A DNA stretch of 64,000 nt from NCBI RefSeq assembly GCF_009914755.1, contig NC_060942.1, one strand, 5' to 3'. Positions 15,926 to 26,878 of this stretch are shown piece after piece (the stretch's first letter is position 1; the number at the start of each line of letters is the position of its first letter). Under the pieces are notes generated by a model. The model ran no database searches. It was not told where the DNA came from and worked only from the letters and a program-made list of their open reading frames with translations. Both the position numbers and the translations under genes were made by a program. This DNA is from the human T2T-CHM13v2.0 reference genome, Homo sapiens.

Positions 15926-16299
15926 TTTCTCTCTTCTCTTCACCAAGTGACCTGATTCCTGCAGTGTCTTGATTTGAGCAGCTGACATATTCTAGCCAAA
16001 GTGTGAGCCAGGAGGGGGATAAGATGTGCCTATTCCCATTGTTCATTTTCGGTAGAGTGTATGAAAAGGAACTGAAATCAAAAATTTGTCAGAGCAGGTT
16101 CTGGAAAGCTCCTTTGCCAGGGCAAGCACCCATGGAGGAGTTTGAGCGTTCACTAGAATAAGGGTCCACCAGGCATTTCTGTGCAGTACATAAAGTCAGA
16201 ATTAGAGGCACCTCCAAATATGGAGAAATAACTTGATGGCTTCTCCAAACACAGAGCACTGGCTTTTGTATCAGGAAAAGATTCTAGCCTACAAACAAA

Positions 16300-16712
16300 C
16301 AAAAAGTGAAAACAGAAAAACTGGAAACACCCACATATCCATCGACTGGTGAATGAGCAAACAAATTGAGGGATAGCTGCACAACAGAACACTCACAGAA
16401 AGGAACAGATATCTGATACATGCCACTGCTGGTCTGAATCTCAAAAGCATTGTGGTAAATAAAAGACACCAGATACAAAAGACTCATACACTAGAGGACC
16501 ATCTATATGAAATTCTGAAAAAGACAAAACAGATCTAGAGTAACAGAAAGCTTATCAGTGATTTACTAAACTTGGGGGGAACTATTGGAGATGGCAGGAA
16601 TGTTCAATATCTGGATTGTGGTGTTTGTGTACATTTGTCAAAACTCGACAAAGTACACCCTTAAAATGGGTACGTTTTAATATGTAAATTATACCTCAAC
16701 AAAGTTTATTTA
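16300..16712 (+). mobile_element. Old L1M 3' end
   Basis: CTGGAAACACCCACATATCCATCGACTGGTGAATG...TGTAAATTATACCTCAACAAAG. Confidence 0.75.
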
Positions 16713-16923
16713 TATTTTTTGTCTGTCTACATCTCCATTTTTATGTTTTTTCTGTTTGCTTCTTTTGTCCCTAGCCAAATTCCTTCTAGAAAATTCCAAT
16801 TTTGTTTAAGCAGCACTCCAGGGGAAGTGGTGTTTTCCCAACACCTAGTGGAAATGCAGAATGCTATAGGGGCTATGGCAGCATTGACAGTAATTGCCCC
16901 AATTCAATAGTAGGAAGAGACAG

Positions 16924-17424
16924 TGTGATGGTGAATTTTATGTGTCAACATGGCTAGGCCGCAGCATGCAGATATTTGGTCGAACATTATTCTAGATGTT
17001 TCTTTGAAGGTGTTTTCTAGATGATCAACATTTACGTTAGTAAACTTTGAGTAAAGCAGATTACTCTCCATAATTTGGGTGGGCCTCATCCTATCAGTTG
17101 AAGGCTTTCAGAGAAAAAGACTGACCTGTCCAAGCAAGAAGGAATTCTGCCAGCAGACTGCCTTTGGACTTGACCTGTAATTCTTCCCTCGTCTCCTATG
17201 TGTGCCTAGCTTGCAAATTTTGGGCTTGTCAACCTTCCATAATCACTTGAGCAAATTCCTTACAATAAATCAATCTCTCTCTCTCTCTCTCTCCCTCTCT
17301 CTCTATCTCTCTCTTTCTCTTTCTCTCTCCCCGCGCCACCCCCCCCCCCATTGATTTATATATATACACATGCTGCACACACATCTGGTAGGTTCTGTTT
17401 CTCTGGGGAACCCTGACTAATGCA
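16924..17424 (+). mobile_element. MLT2 (ERVL) solo LTR
   Basis: TGTGATGGTGAATTTTATGTGTCAAC...GAACCCTGACTAATGCA, internal (CT)n, TSD GACAG/AACAG. Confidence 0.9.
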
Positions 17425-17870
17425 AACAGGTAACACCATGGAATTAGAGTAGTGAAGCTCTAGGGCCTCCATGTACAAGTTGCCACTCCAGGGTTAGCCA
17501 TGAAGGGTGATACTTAGAAAGGAGAGTCTGCAACGTACTGCAGGGGTTCTAATGCCAGCCGGCTGCTTGGCCATGGACAAGTGGTTACACTTTCCAAGAC
17601 TCTTCCATCCCAAGAAAGAGACAATAAAAATACCTACTTGTTCAAGAAAGAACAAGGATTTAATGAGATATTAATACAAAAAGTTTACCATTTTTGATAT
17701 TTACTACTAGAGGGTGACTCACCCAAGGTCACACAAAATCTCCCAACTTTTGGGACAATACTCCTCTCACTGCCTCTGGATACCTATAAAGTGTCCCTCC
17801 TTTGTCTTCAATGACATCTGAAGTGGACCACACTACTCTGAACCTTGACGGCCAACACTAGTTTCAACTT

Positions 17871-18020
17871 GGGCCAGGTGCAGTGGCTCACATTTGTAAT
17901 TGCACCTTCCCTTGGGAGGCGAAGCCAGGAGGATCACTTGAGCCCAGGGGTTATAGACCAGCCTGGGCAACATAGCAAGCCCCTGTCTCTACAAAAAAAG
18001 AAATCAAAAATTGAAAAATA
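17871..18020 (+). mobile_element. Free left Alu monomer (FLAM-like)
   Basis: Single arm then A-rich tail. Confidence 0.8.
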
Positions 18021-18640
18021 AACTTGAATTAAAATACCGATTTCGGTGGGAAGGATTGTCATGGTATTATAATATTTGGTACCATGATAAGTAGTCTTAG
18101 GAGGCTTTCTGAAAACTCATCTGAGTTGGTCTTAGTCTTTCTGTCACCATGGTAGGCAGGCTGTGAATAACCCTTCATATGCATGACACTGTTTCACCAT
18201 CAATGCCTATCCCTTCCTGGGCCTTCCCAGGGGGCCGTGCATGGAGGCTTTGCCTATTCTTGGCCCTCCCAGACACCCTTGTTTCTGCCATAATGTAATC
18301 TGCGGGTCTGAAAACCTGGGGGCTGCAGTGCTGGGCGCCATCAAGAAAGAGAACAAGAGAGATGGATGGATGTATCTTGATTTGATAAGTCAAATCAGAT
18401 TAAACTAATGGCATTTCAGAGATTTTTCTGAATAATTTTTTCCTTAGGAACTTGTTACTGAAGTTGGTTGCAACTTTTCTTGGCTGAAGTTGAGAGACTA
18501 TGGCTGGGAGAAGCCAACTACCTGGGGGTGGGATAGGAGTGGGGGTGGGAGGGTGGGAGTCATGATTCGGGGATAATCACTTTACCTTTGTGAAGTCAGC
18601 TCTTTATGTAGAGATATGAAGTTGTTTAATATTTATAGTC

Positions 18641-18931
18641 TTTTTTTTTTTTTTGAGATGAAGTCTCAGTCACCCAGGCTGGAGAACAGTGGTGCTATCT
18701 TGGTTCACTGCAGTCTCTGCCTCCCGGTTCAAGCGATTCTCCCGCCTCAGCCTCCCGAGTAGCTGGGATTACAGACGTGTGCCACTACACTTGGCTAATT
18801 TTTGTATTTTTAGTAGAGACGGGGTTTAGCCATGTTGGCTAGGCTGGTCTAGAATTCCTGACCTCAAGTGATCTGCCCGCCTCAGCCTCCCAATGTGCTG
18901 GGATTACAGGTGTGAGCCACTGTACCCGGCC
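18641..18931 (-). mobile_element. AluS SINE
   Basis: Reverse dimer; TSD AATATTTATAGTCT. Confidence 0.95.
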
Positions 18932-19579
18932 AATATTTATAGTCTTTAAAAATTTTGTCCTGACAAAGATAGGAAGAAAGGTAGGATGAAGGGCATGGCC
19001 CCTGCAGATGGATCCTTAGAAGAACAAGAGCTGCTCAGCCCCAGAACGCTGCCAGCCCCACCCCTTGCGCCATCACCTACTCTCTCTGGTCCCTCTCCTG
19101 CCTTAGTCCTCACCTCTGTGTTGTCTGAGGAGTGGGTATAACACTTGGAGCCTCCCAGCCTTCCAGGCCGGGTTGACCCAGAGTGCACAGTGGCTTTCAT
19201 TGTCCCAGGCCTGGATCCCTTGGCCAAGAGGGCTAGGACTATACCTGTGGAAAGTTATGGAAAATAGTACCCCTTCCTCACCAAGTCCCTCGACTGATGC
19301 TCAGTTTCCTCTGGAGGTGATCCAAGGAAGTGACTCCTTTGTGGCCATGCTCAGCACCCCTGTCTCTTACTTTCTCAATTTTAAAGGGGAAATAATCACG
19401 CTGAAGGATGCTCCAATGGATTAGCCAGGGTGGGGAAGGGAGGAATGATTGTCCCAGGCAAGGAGCTGTTGATGGCACAGGAAAATGTAGCACAGAGAAG
19501 ACTTAGGGTGGGCATGATGGTGTCTCAAGGAGTCCTCAAGGACCAGAGGGCAGTGCAGAATAGGACCATGTGACAGGGG

Positions 19580-19740
19580 AAGAGCTAGGGAGACATATTT
19601 AGGTTCAATATAAGGAAGAGTTTGCTAAATTCAGTTTTCTCTGAAGACGAGAATAAGTGAGTTATCCAGCACTGGAGATGTTCAAGAACACCAGGAGCAC
19701 TCGGCAAGGATGCAATTAAGGAGAATGGGCAGTTAGATTA
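19580..19740 (+). mobile_element. CR1/L3 3'-end fragment
   Basis: TTTAGGTTCAATATAAGGAAGAG...GAGTTATCCAGCACTGGAGATGTTCAAG resembles the L3 3' region. Confidence 0.5.
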
Positions 19741-19759
19741 GACGAATGGGTCTTGGCTG

Positions 19760-19960
19760 GGGGCAACCCCACTCCTACCCCCAGAAAGGGACAATGGCAA
19801 TGTCTGGAGATATTCTGGTTGTCACAACTGAGAGGTCCTACTGGCCTCTAATGGATGGGGACAAGGGACACTGCTCAACATCCTGCCATGCATGGGACGG
19901 CACCACCACAAATAATTATCTGGCCCAAAATATGAATAGCATTGAGGTTGAGAAACCCTA
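19760..19960 (+). mobile_element. MER20
   Basis: GGCAATGTCTGGAGATATTCTGGTTGTCACAAC...GAGGTTGAGAAACCC. Confidence 0.85.
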
Positions 19961-20479
19961 AATTAGATAAGCTATAAAGCCTGAGTGGAGGGTAATCGCC
20001 CCCTCCCATCTGTCTGGCAACCCAGAAGACCATGGAAGGGCATCAGCGACATGCTGGGAAGAGCTGGATTTCAAGCAGGACCGTGCAGTAAGATTTTCAA
20101 GTAGATGAATCTCAGAAATATATTTTCAGTTTCAAACATTGTGGGTTATATTTTGGGATGCTGGCCATTTCTGCTGTAGCCAAAACTATGAGCCTGTTAT
20201 TCTCCACACAGCAAATTTTCTGTTCCCACCATTTGTAGCTACTTCTGTGTACAAGTTGGAAGGCAAAGATCTAGAGACAGGGTGGGCTAGGGGGTGGAGA
20301 AGAATAGAAAACAAGCAAACAGAGGAAACTACAGTGAAGTTTCCCTCAAAGGCCTCTAAGAATGATCCCTGATATCTCTTCTAAAATTATCTTTTAATCC
20401 ACCTTTTATGCCTGCTGGGTACTGCAATTTGTCGAACTCCAGAAAAGCCCTGGAATTACAATGAAATTCGTTGTTACCA

Positions 20480-20710
20480 GATGTGTGAATCAATCAGATG
20501 GCTATGAGGTCAACTCTTGGCTCTGTCAATTACCATCTGGGCCTAGGCAAGTTATTTAACCTTTCTGAGCCTCAGTTTCCTCATTTATAAAATGGAGTAA
20601 ATAACACCGACCTCATGGGATAGCTGTGTGGAGCACATGAACAAATGCACATAACAATCACACGCAGTCCCTGGCACATAATAAGTACTCACTAAGCAGC
20701 AGCTATTACT
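20480..20710 (+). mobile_element. MIR
   Basis: GGCAAGTTATTTAACCTTTCTGAGCCTCAGTTTCCTCATTTATAAAATGG. Confidence 0.88.
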
Positions 20711-20829
20711 TGTATGATCTTCTCAGGAGACTTAAATAGCACAACACTGGGTTAGGCATTGAACAAGAAAATGATGCTATCTTGAAAATCACAATCTAAT
20801 ACAGAAATTAGCCTGCCCTAATTACAGTT

Positions 20830-21040
20830 CCCCATTATTATTAATTTAAAGAATAAGTAGCTGCTGGACAATAGATACACATGATCTCATGTAACTGTCC
20901 TACCACCCTAGGGAGGGAAGCATTACCAGCTCAATTTACAGATGATGAAACTGACATGCCCATGCTAAGTGAGGTGCCAATCATAGCTCCTAAATGGCAG
21001 AGGAGGAATTGGAACCCAGGCCAGCCTGACTCCTAAACTC
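20830..21040 (-). mobile_element. MIR
   Basis: TTTACAGATGATGAAACTGA...GAACCCAGGCCAGCCTGACTCC. Confidence 0.7.
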
Positions 21041-21522
21041 CTCACCACTGCTTCCTTGTTCTCCATCATTCCCCATCTTGCTCTGCTTCCTTCACTCCAG
21101 CCTGGACCTGGGAATCTTGGAGCATCTCCCTGCAGCAAGACCTGCCCTCAAAGCCTTCACTGGCTCCACATATAAATGGCCAGTCACAACTTAAGGTATT
21201 TCCCCTCACAGAGCTATTTTCATTTGGCAAAAATAGCCACTAAACTTAAGCAGAGACTCTCAGCCTGGAATCCCCTAAGAGCAATGGTAGAGATGCATGA
21301 GCTGTTTTGCACATTTCAAAAAGCCATGAAGAAACTAAAATGCAATGTTGCATTGATTTATATTGGAATTACATCGACTCTCTGAGGTGATGCTTGTTAT
21401 TTCAACCTGATTAGAAGCTCTGATTGATAGACAGTTCCTTATGTCTTTGATGAATAAAAAAATGGGAAATCTAAATATATATGGCCTGTTGCACAGTTAA
21501 AAGCTCATCAAAGCCTGAACTC

Positions 21523-21837
21523 AGCCATGCATGGTAGCTCACGCCTGTAACTCCAGCACTTTGCAGGGCCAAGGTGGGAGGATAGCTTGAGCCCAGGAGT
21601 TCAAGACCAGCCTGGACAACATGGTGAAACCCCATTTCCACAAAAAATACAAAACCTAGCCAGCCATGGTGGCATGCACCTGTAGTGTCAGCTACTCAGA
21701 AGGCTGAGGTGGGAGAATCACTTGAGTCCGGGAAGTCAAGGCTGCAGTGAGCCATGATTGTACCACTGCACTCCAGTCTGGGCAACAGAGGGAGAGCTTG
21801 TCTCAAAACAAAAACAAACCCCCAAATCACAAAATAC
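21523..21837 (+). mobile_element. AluJ-like SINE
   Basis: Full dimer, decayed A tail, TSD-like CCTGA(A/G)CTC. Confidence 0.92.
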
Positions 21838-21989
21838 CCCTGAGCTCCATGGGATAAAATAATTTTACAAGTGCACTCGGTGATGAACTATCCATGGTCA
21901 CTGAGCTAAAAGGTCACAGCATAAATCATGGAATATCAGGCACTAGGTTGGTTCTGGTAGAGTTTCTCAGCTATCCGTCAAACTCCATG

Positions 21990-22650
21990 GACTCTTTCTT
22001 CCACAGTGATGCAATCAGAGCCAGGCATAACTGATTATTAAGACTGCAACCCCCAATCTCTCTTGCAGTTAGCTATGACCATGTGGTTGACTTTTTACTA
22101 ATGAAACACGAGCAGAAGAGATAAATGCTTCATTTTGGCTGGTGTATTAAGAGAGCGGGCGTGCCTCCTCCATCTTCCCCTTTTTGGCACCTGCAACCCA
22201 AGCTATGCAGACAGATAGGAAAGTGCTCATCACATGTGGTCCATAGACCAGCTGCTCCTCCCAAACTATTTGTTTCCCATCCACAATGAGATAAAGATCT
22301 TGTACTAGGACACAAGTCAATAACATCTCTACACACATTGTTTAGTACAGCTGACTTTTTTTTTTTTTCATAGCAAGATGCTCTCGATGAAGGAAGCCGT
22401 ACATTGACTTGCATTCTAATGCAAGCTCCTTCTCTCCCTGCAGGCCAGCCCTTTGAGTAGTGCTGCTGTAGGGAATGGTAGAGACCCCAGGTGGTGTGAA
22501 CCCAGGTTTCTGATTATCAATGTGGAACAGAGCTGCCTGCCAACCTGGAACACCTGCCCTGGACAGAAAAGAGAAATAGACTTCTCTTTTGAATGGGTCA
22601 TTGCATTGCAAGGTCTCTTTCTCATAGAGTTTAGCTTTCCCCTAACTATG
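21990..22650 (+). mobile_element. Ancient ERVL-type LTR remnant (LTR16/LTR33-like)
   Basis: CTTGCAGTTAGCTATGACCATGTG...GCAGAAG motif and AGAGAAATAGACTTCT 3' motif; highly diverged. Confidence 0.35.
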
Positions 22651-23344
22651 TCAGTGGGGTTAATCATATTTACCCAGCTGTCTGTAGTGAGGATTTTAAG
22701 AGGTGTATGAGAGGACACCCAGCCAGGATCTACTGGGGCTTATTCATATCAACTGAATCAAACATGCAAAGGTTCCATTCTCTAACTGGAAACAGTCCAC
22801 TGTCTTTTCTGGTTAGAAGTTTGGACTCAGCCTCCTTTTCCTGGAGGACAATGTATCGATTCAAATCTCTTGAGTCCCATCTTTGTGCCTAAGACTGGGC
22901 CAGGCACTGTGGAGGCAGTATCGAGCCAGATGACATGGGTGCTGTCCTTACAGGGTGCTACAGCAAGTCATGTGGCCCAGCCGTAGTCTGCAGGCAGGAA
23001 ACCTGTAGGCTGGGGTGGCCTTGGAGCAAGAGCTAAGGTGAATGGAGGGGCCTAGGTATCTCCTGGCGTGTAATGGACACAAGAAACAGTGTTGCCTGAA
23101 TTAGCAGAAGTGTTGTGCTTTCTAAACAATTATTTCTACACTTGAATGTCTTTACAGTGGCTTCCCCTTAGTTTCATGGGGATGGGAGGAGGTGGAGGAT
23201 TTCATTTGAAAGATTCTAAAATAATCTTGGTTAAACTAAAGAGAAAGAGCATTTTTCTACAACTTAATTTGGAGAGATAAGGGTTTAATGCGCCTCCAAA
23301 GATCCACGGTTGCAGAAGGCATTTCTTAGACCTGGGCATTTCTT

Positions 23345-23480
23345 AGGTTTGTTGTTCATTCGCCAAATACTTATCAAGCACCACTATGATCCAGGTGCTC
23401 TGCAGACACACAGAGGAACAATACCAAGTCCCTGTGTTGAAGCAAGCTCACTGTGTGGGAGGCAGCACGCCTAGGGATGA
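23345..23480 (-). mobile_element. L2 3' end
   Basis: TTCATTCGCCAAATACTTATCAAGCACCACTATG...AAGTCCCTG. Confidence 0.65.
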
Positions 23481-23779
23481 TCAGTTGCCTGCCAATGGAA
23501 CACTTGCCTACTGACAGAGCCTGGGAACGGAATGCAGAGAGGCTGGGAACCCGGGAGGGATGGAGCCCAGGCCAGTCTGTGGACCTTTTTCTTTTGATTT
23601 TCACTTAGCTCACTCACTGAGGATAGTATTATTGTATTTGGTTGGCTACCAAACTATTAATGATCTTAAAATTGACTTTTTTTCTCTTAGACCCAGACAC
23701 ATGCATGAAAATACTCTTCAGATCCAAGAGTACTCAGTCATGCAATGTGAGTGTGTAATCACTTAAGAATATATTGAAC

Positions 23780-24105
<326 letters not shown>

Positions 24106-24639
24106 TCAGACACAAGTGTATGTTTTCAACTTTATCAATATCAATATATCAATATCAACACCATGTTGACATGGAACACTAAAGACCCAACAGGGAGGCA
24201 ATTAACAAGCATTTGAGGAGGAATAGACCTCACCTATTCCAACCACACGGCCAACTCTGGCAGCCAAAACGTGGGCAACAGCATCCTACCAGCTTCTATT
24301 TATTGTTGCATTGCTATGGTGCTGATCCCCTTTGTATCCATGGTATTTAGAACCTCGGGGATTGGGCTGGTGACCATTCTTTAGATCTGAGAACAGAAGG
24401 AGCAGAGGAACGTTGAGCAACTCTAGAGGGGTGTGTATGTGGCAGTTTAGGGACAGTTTGAGCTTTCAGGTAGAGGCAGCCTAGGGAAACTGGCATAAAG
24501 CAGTTTCTTTCTCTATTCCATGGAAGTTGCATGCTTGTGAAAAGGGCCAGCTATCTTCTGTCTTGCCATACAAGTGGGCAGAGCTGCCTGGGAATACCAG
24601 GTGGGTTAAGGATACTGCCCTTAACCTTAAGGTGGAGGG

Positions 24640-24900
24640 CAGCAGAGGGGGAGAGAGAGACAGAGAGAGAGAGAGATTGGGGAGGAGGGGAGAGAGAGAG
24701 GGATGGGAAGGGGAGGAGAAGAGAGAAGGGGAGTGGAGGGGAGGGGAGGGGAGGGGAGTGGAGAGGAGGGGAAGGGAGGGGAGAGGAGGGGAGAGGAGGG
24801 GAAGGGAGGGGAGAGGAGGGGAGAGGAGGGGAGAGGAGGGGAGGAGATCTGCAAGAAAGAGGCAAGGTCCAGAAAAAGAGAGAGAGATCTGCAAGGAGGC
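24640..24900. repeat. Polypurine tract of GA, GAGGG and GGAGA repeats
   Basis: Almost pure A/G on + strand; repeated GGAGAGGAGGGGAAGGGAGG blocks. Confidence 0.92.
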
Positions 24901-25328
24901 AAGGTTCCAAAATCTATGGGCTGGGACAGCAAAGATGTGGCCTACGAAGAGAAAGGTCTGGAGAATCAGAAGGCCTTCAAATGGTGGTTCCAAATCCCTC
25001 CAGCAAAGCCCATCCATCTTTAGAGCTCACCCGTCTCCAGCTACACCCCCCACCCCTCCCGGCCCAGATCAGGCAGCGGGGTCGCCCTCTCCAGGACTCT
25101 CAAGGCAGCTAAGGCTGGAGGCGCCGGCGAGCCTGGAGAGGGAGGAGTTCACTAAATTGTGTTGGATGGAAGGCGTCGAGGACCGGAGGAATTAATCCGA
25201 TGTGGGGAAGGCGGACGGGGCTACGAGGAAAAAAGAGGGGGCAATGTACACTCAGCCTTTTCATCACTCGGCGGGGAGATGGATGGTTTTCCGGACCGGG
25301 CGTCCCAGCGCCCCGGTTAGCTATAGGG

Positions 25329-25336
25329 AGACGTCA
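25329..25336. promoter_or_regulatory. CRE-like element
   Basis: AGACGTCA, 7/8 match to TGACGTCA, ~60 nt upstream of the TATA box. Confidence 0.7.
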
Positions 25337-25370
25337 GAGCGCTCTGGTCCGCGATAGAAGAGCCCCCCAG

Positions 25371-25382
25371 CCCCCCCGCCCG
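25371..25382 (-). promoter_or_regulatory. GC box (Sp/KLF/EGR-type)
   Basis: CCCCCCCGCCC(G) just upstream of the TATA box. Confidence 0.6.
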
Positions 25383-25390
25383 GGCTTCCA

Positions 25391-25396
25391 TATAAA
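25391..25396 (+). promoter_or_regulatory. GRP: TATA box of GRP
   Basis: TATAAA 137 nt upstream of the ATG; implies a start site near 25420. Confidence 0.85.
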
Positions 25397-25527
25397 GTAG
25401 GGGCCCTAGTGGAGGCCGCAGCAGTAGCACCAGCGGCTGCGGCGGCGGAGCTCCTCCGAGGTCCGGGTCACCAGTCTCTGCTCTTCCCAGCCTCTCCGGC
25501 GCGCTCCAAGGGCTTCCCGTCGGGACC

Positions 25528-25666
25528 ATGCGCGGCCGTGAGCTCCCGCTGGTCCTGCTGGCGCTGGTCCTCTGCCTGGCGCCCCGGGGGCGAGCGGTCC
25601 CGCTGCCTGCGGGCGGAGGGACCGTGCTGACCAAGATGTACCCGCGCGGCAACCACTGGGCGGTGG
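25528..25666 (+). CDS. GRP: Prepro-gastrin-releasing peptide, coding exon 1 (signal peptide and GRP residues 1-23)
   Basis: ACCATG start; [46 protein letters not shown](G); donor G|GTGAGT, phase 1. Confidence 0.99.
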
Positions 25667-26820
25667 GTGAGTGTCCTGGCCGCGGGAGCCGCGCGCTTGT
25701 CCTCCTCTGGATCAGCCAGCCGGAGGGGACCTGTCTCCCCATTTCTTTGCGTTTCCCTGGCCCAGCTTTGGGAGCTGGGTTTGTTGTGACCTTTCTATCG
25801 GCAAACACCTTCCCCGTTCTCCTAAAACTCCACCCCACCTTTCCCCATTCTAGGGAGCCCATGAGTCCCTAGTCAGCCGCAGGCTGGTCCGCTGATCCTT
25901 TCCCGCTCGCTTCCAGCCTGTCTTCCCCAGGGCACCCGAGCTCCCAACAGCCAACCCCGGTGCAGATCACCTTCCCTCTGCGCCCATCCTACATCTCCTT
26001 TTGTCCGCCTAGTCTCAACCTGTCTGGCACGGTACTCTCCTAGAATAATCTTGGGGAGCGTTGTCCCTTGAAAGCATCTCAGAACCCTGGTCCAGCTCGG
26101 TGGCCTCAACAGCGACTGGCATGGGCTGAAATCTAAGCTGCGCCTATGCTCCCCGCAAAGCCACAGGTGTGGGGACCTAGGGTGCAGCGCTCCCGCCCCG
26201 GGTTTCACATCTGTTCAGTGCGCAGTGCCCTGAATCCCGCCTGTCTGTGACTCTCTGGAGTTTCCTCAGTCCTTCTCTTCGCTTTGCAGCGATATTCTTT
26301 TCCCTGCCCTTTTGCCCTCCCTCTTTCCAGCCAGCAGGCTCTGAGCTTGGGGAATCTCGCCTGCTCTCCAAGCTCATCCCGATCTCTCTGCCCCTCTGAG
26401 CTCCGCTCTTTCTCCGCCCTTCTTGACCCACGACTTCGCCCTTTCCCCTCGCTCCTTTCCCATTCCCTCTGCAACAGGTCCTGCTCTCTAGGCACCGGCT
26501 TGGAGGCTCCCTCGCCATGGCCCCTAGAACCCAGGCGGAGAGGACGGCCGCGCTGCGGGTGCGGAGGGCGCCTGCGGGTGGGGTCAGGATTCCGCCCTGC
26601 GCGCACTCGCTGCTTTCGCTCAGCTGGGAGGCAGGAAGCGCCTGGCAGCCTCGGCTCACCCAGCATCACCCCAGGGCTCTCGGCGTCGCCGAGCATAGCT
26701 TCCAGCAAACGCAGAGCGTCCAACTTCCTCACTCCCCCACCTACCCGCCCCACAAAAGCCAACTACAACAACCCCAACCAGCTTCTTGGGAAGCTGGTTA
26801 ATCCCTGAAGAGATTTAAGA

Positions 26821-26878
26821 GTGTGTATGTGTGTGTGTCTCTGTGTGTGTGTGTCTCTGTGTGTGTGTGTGTGTGTGT
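26821..26878. repeat. Compound (TG)n/(TC) microsatellite in intron 1
   Basis: GTGT runs interrupted by CTCT. Confidence 0.9.

Larger units (their letters stand above)
25060..26720. promoter_or_regulatory. GRP: CpG island over GRP promoter, exon 1 and 5' intron 1
   Basis: High GC and dense CpG relative to CpG-depleted flanks; edges approximate. Confidence 0.85.

Noticed and set aside
24481-25195. Long ORFs of 100-222 aa on both strands upstream of GRP
   Set aside because: They run through the purine repeat, which lacks stop codons; products are low-complexity R/G/E or P/S/L strings.
25317-26808. Overlapping 160-185 aa ORFs in the CpG island, and the GTG-initiated 25409-25630 ORF
   Set aside because: Expected in GC-rich DNA with no recognisable domain; the GTG lies upstream of the start site implied by the TATA box.
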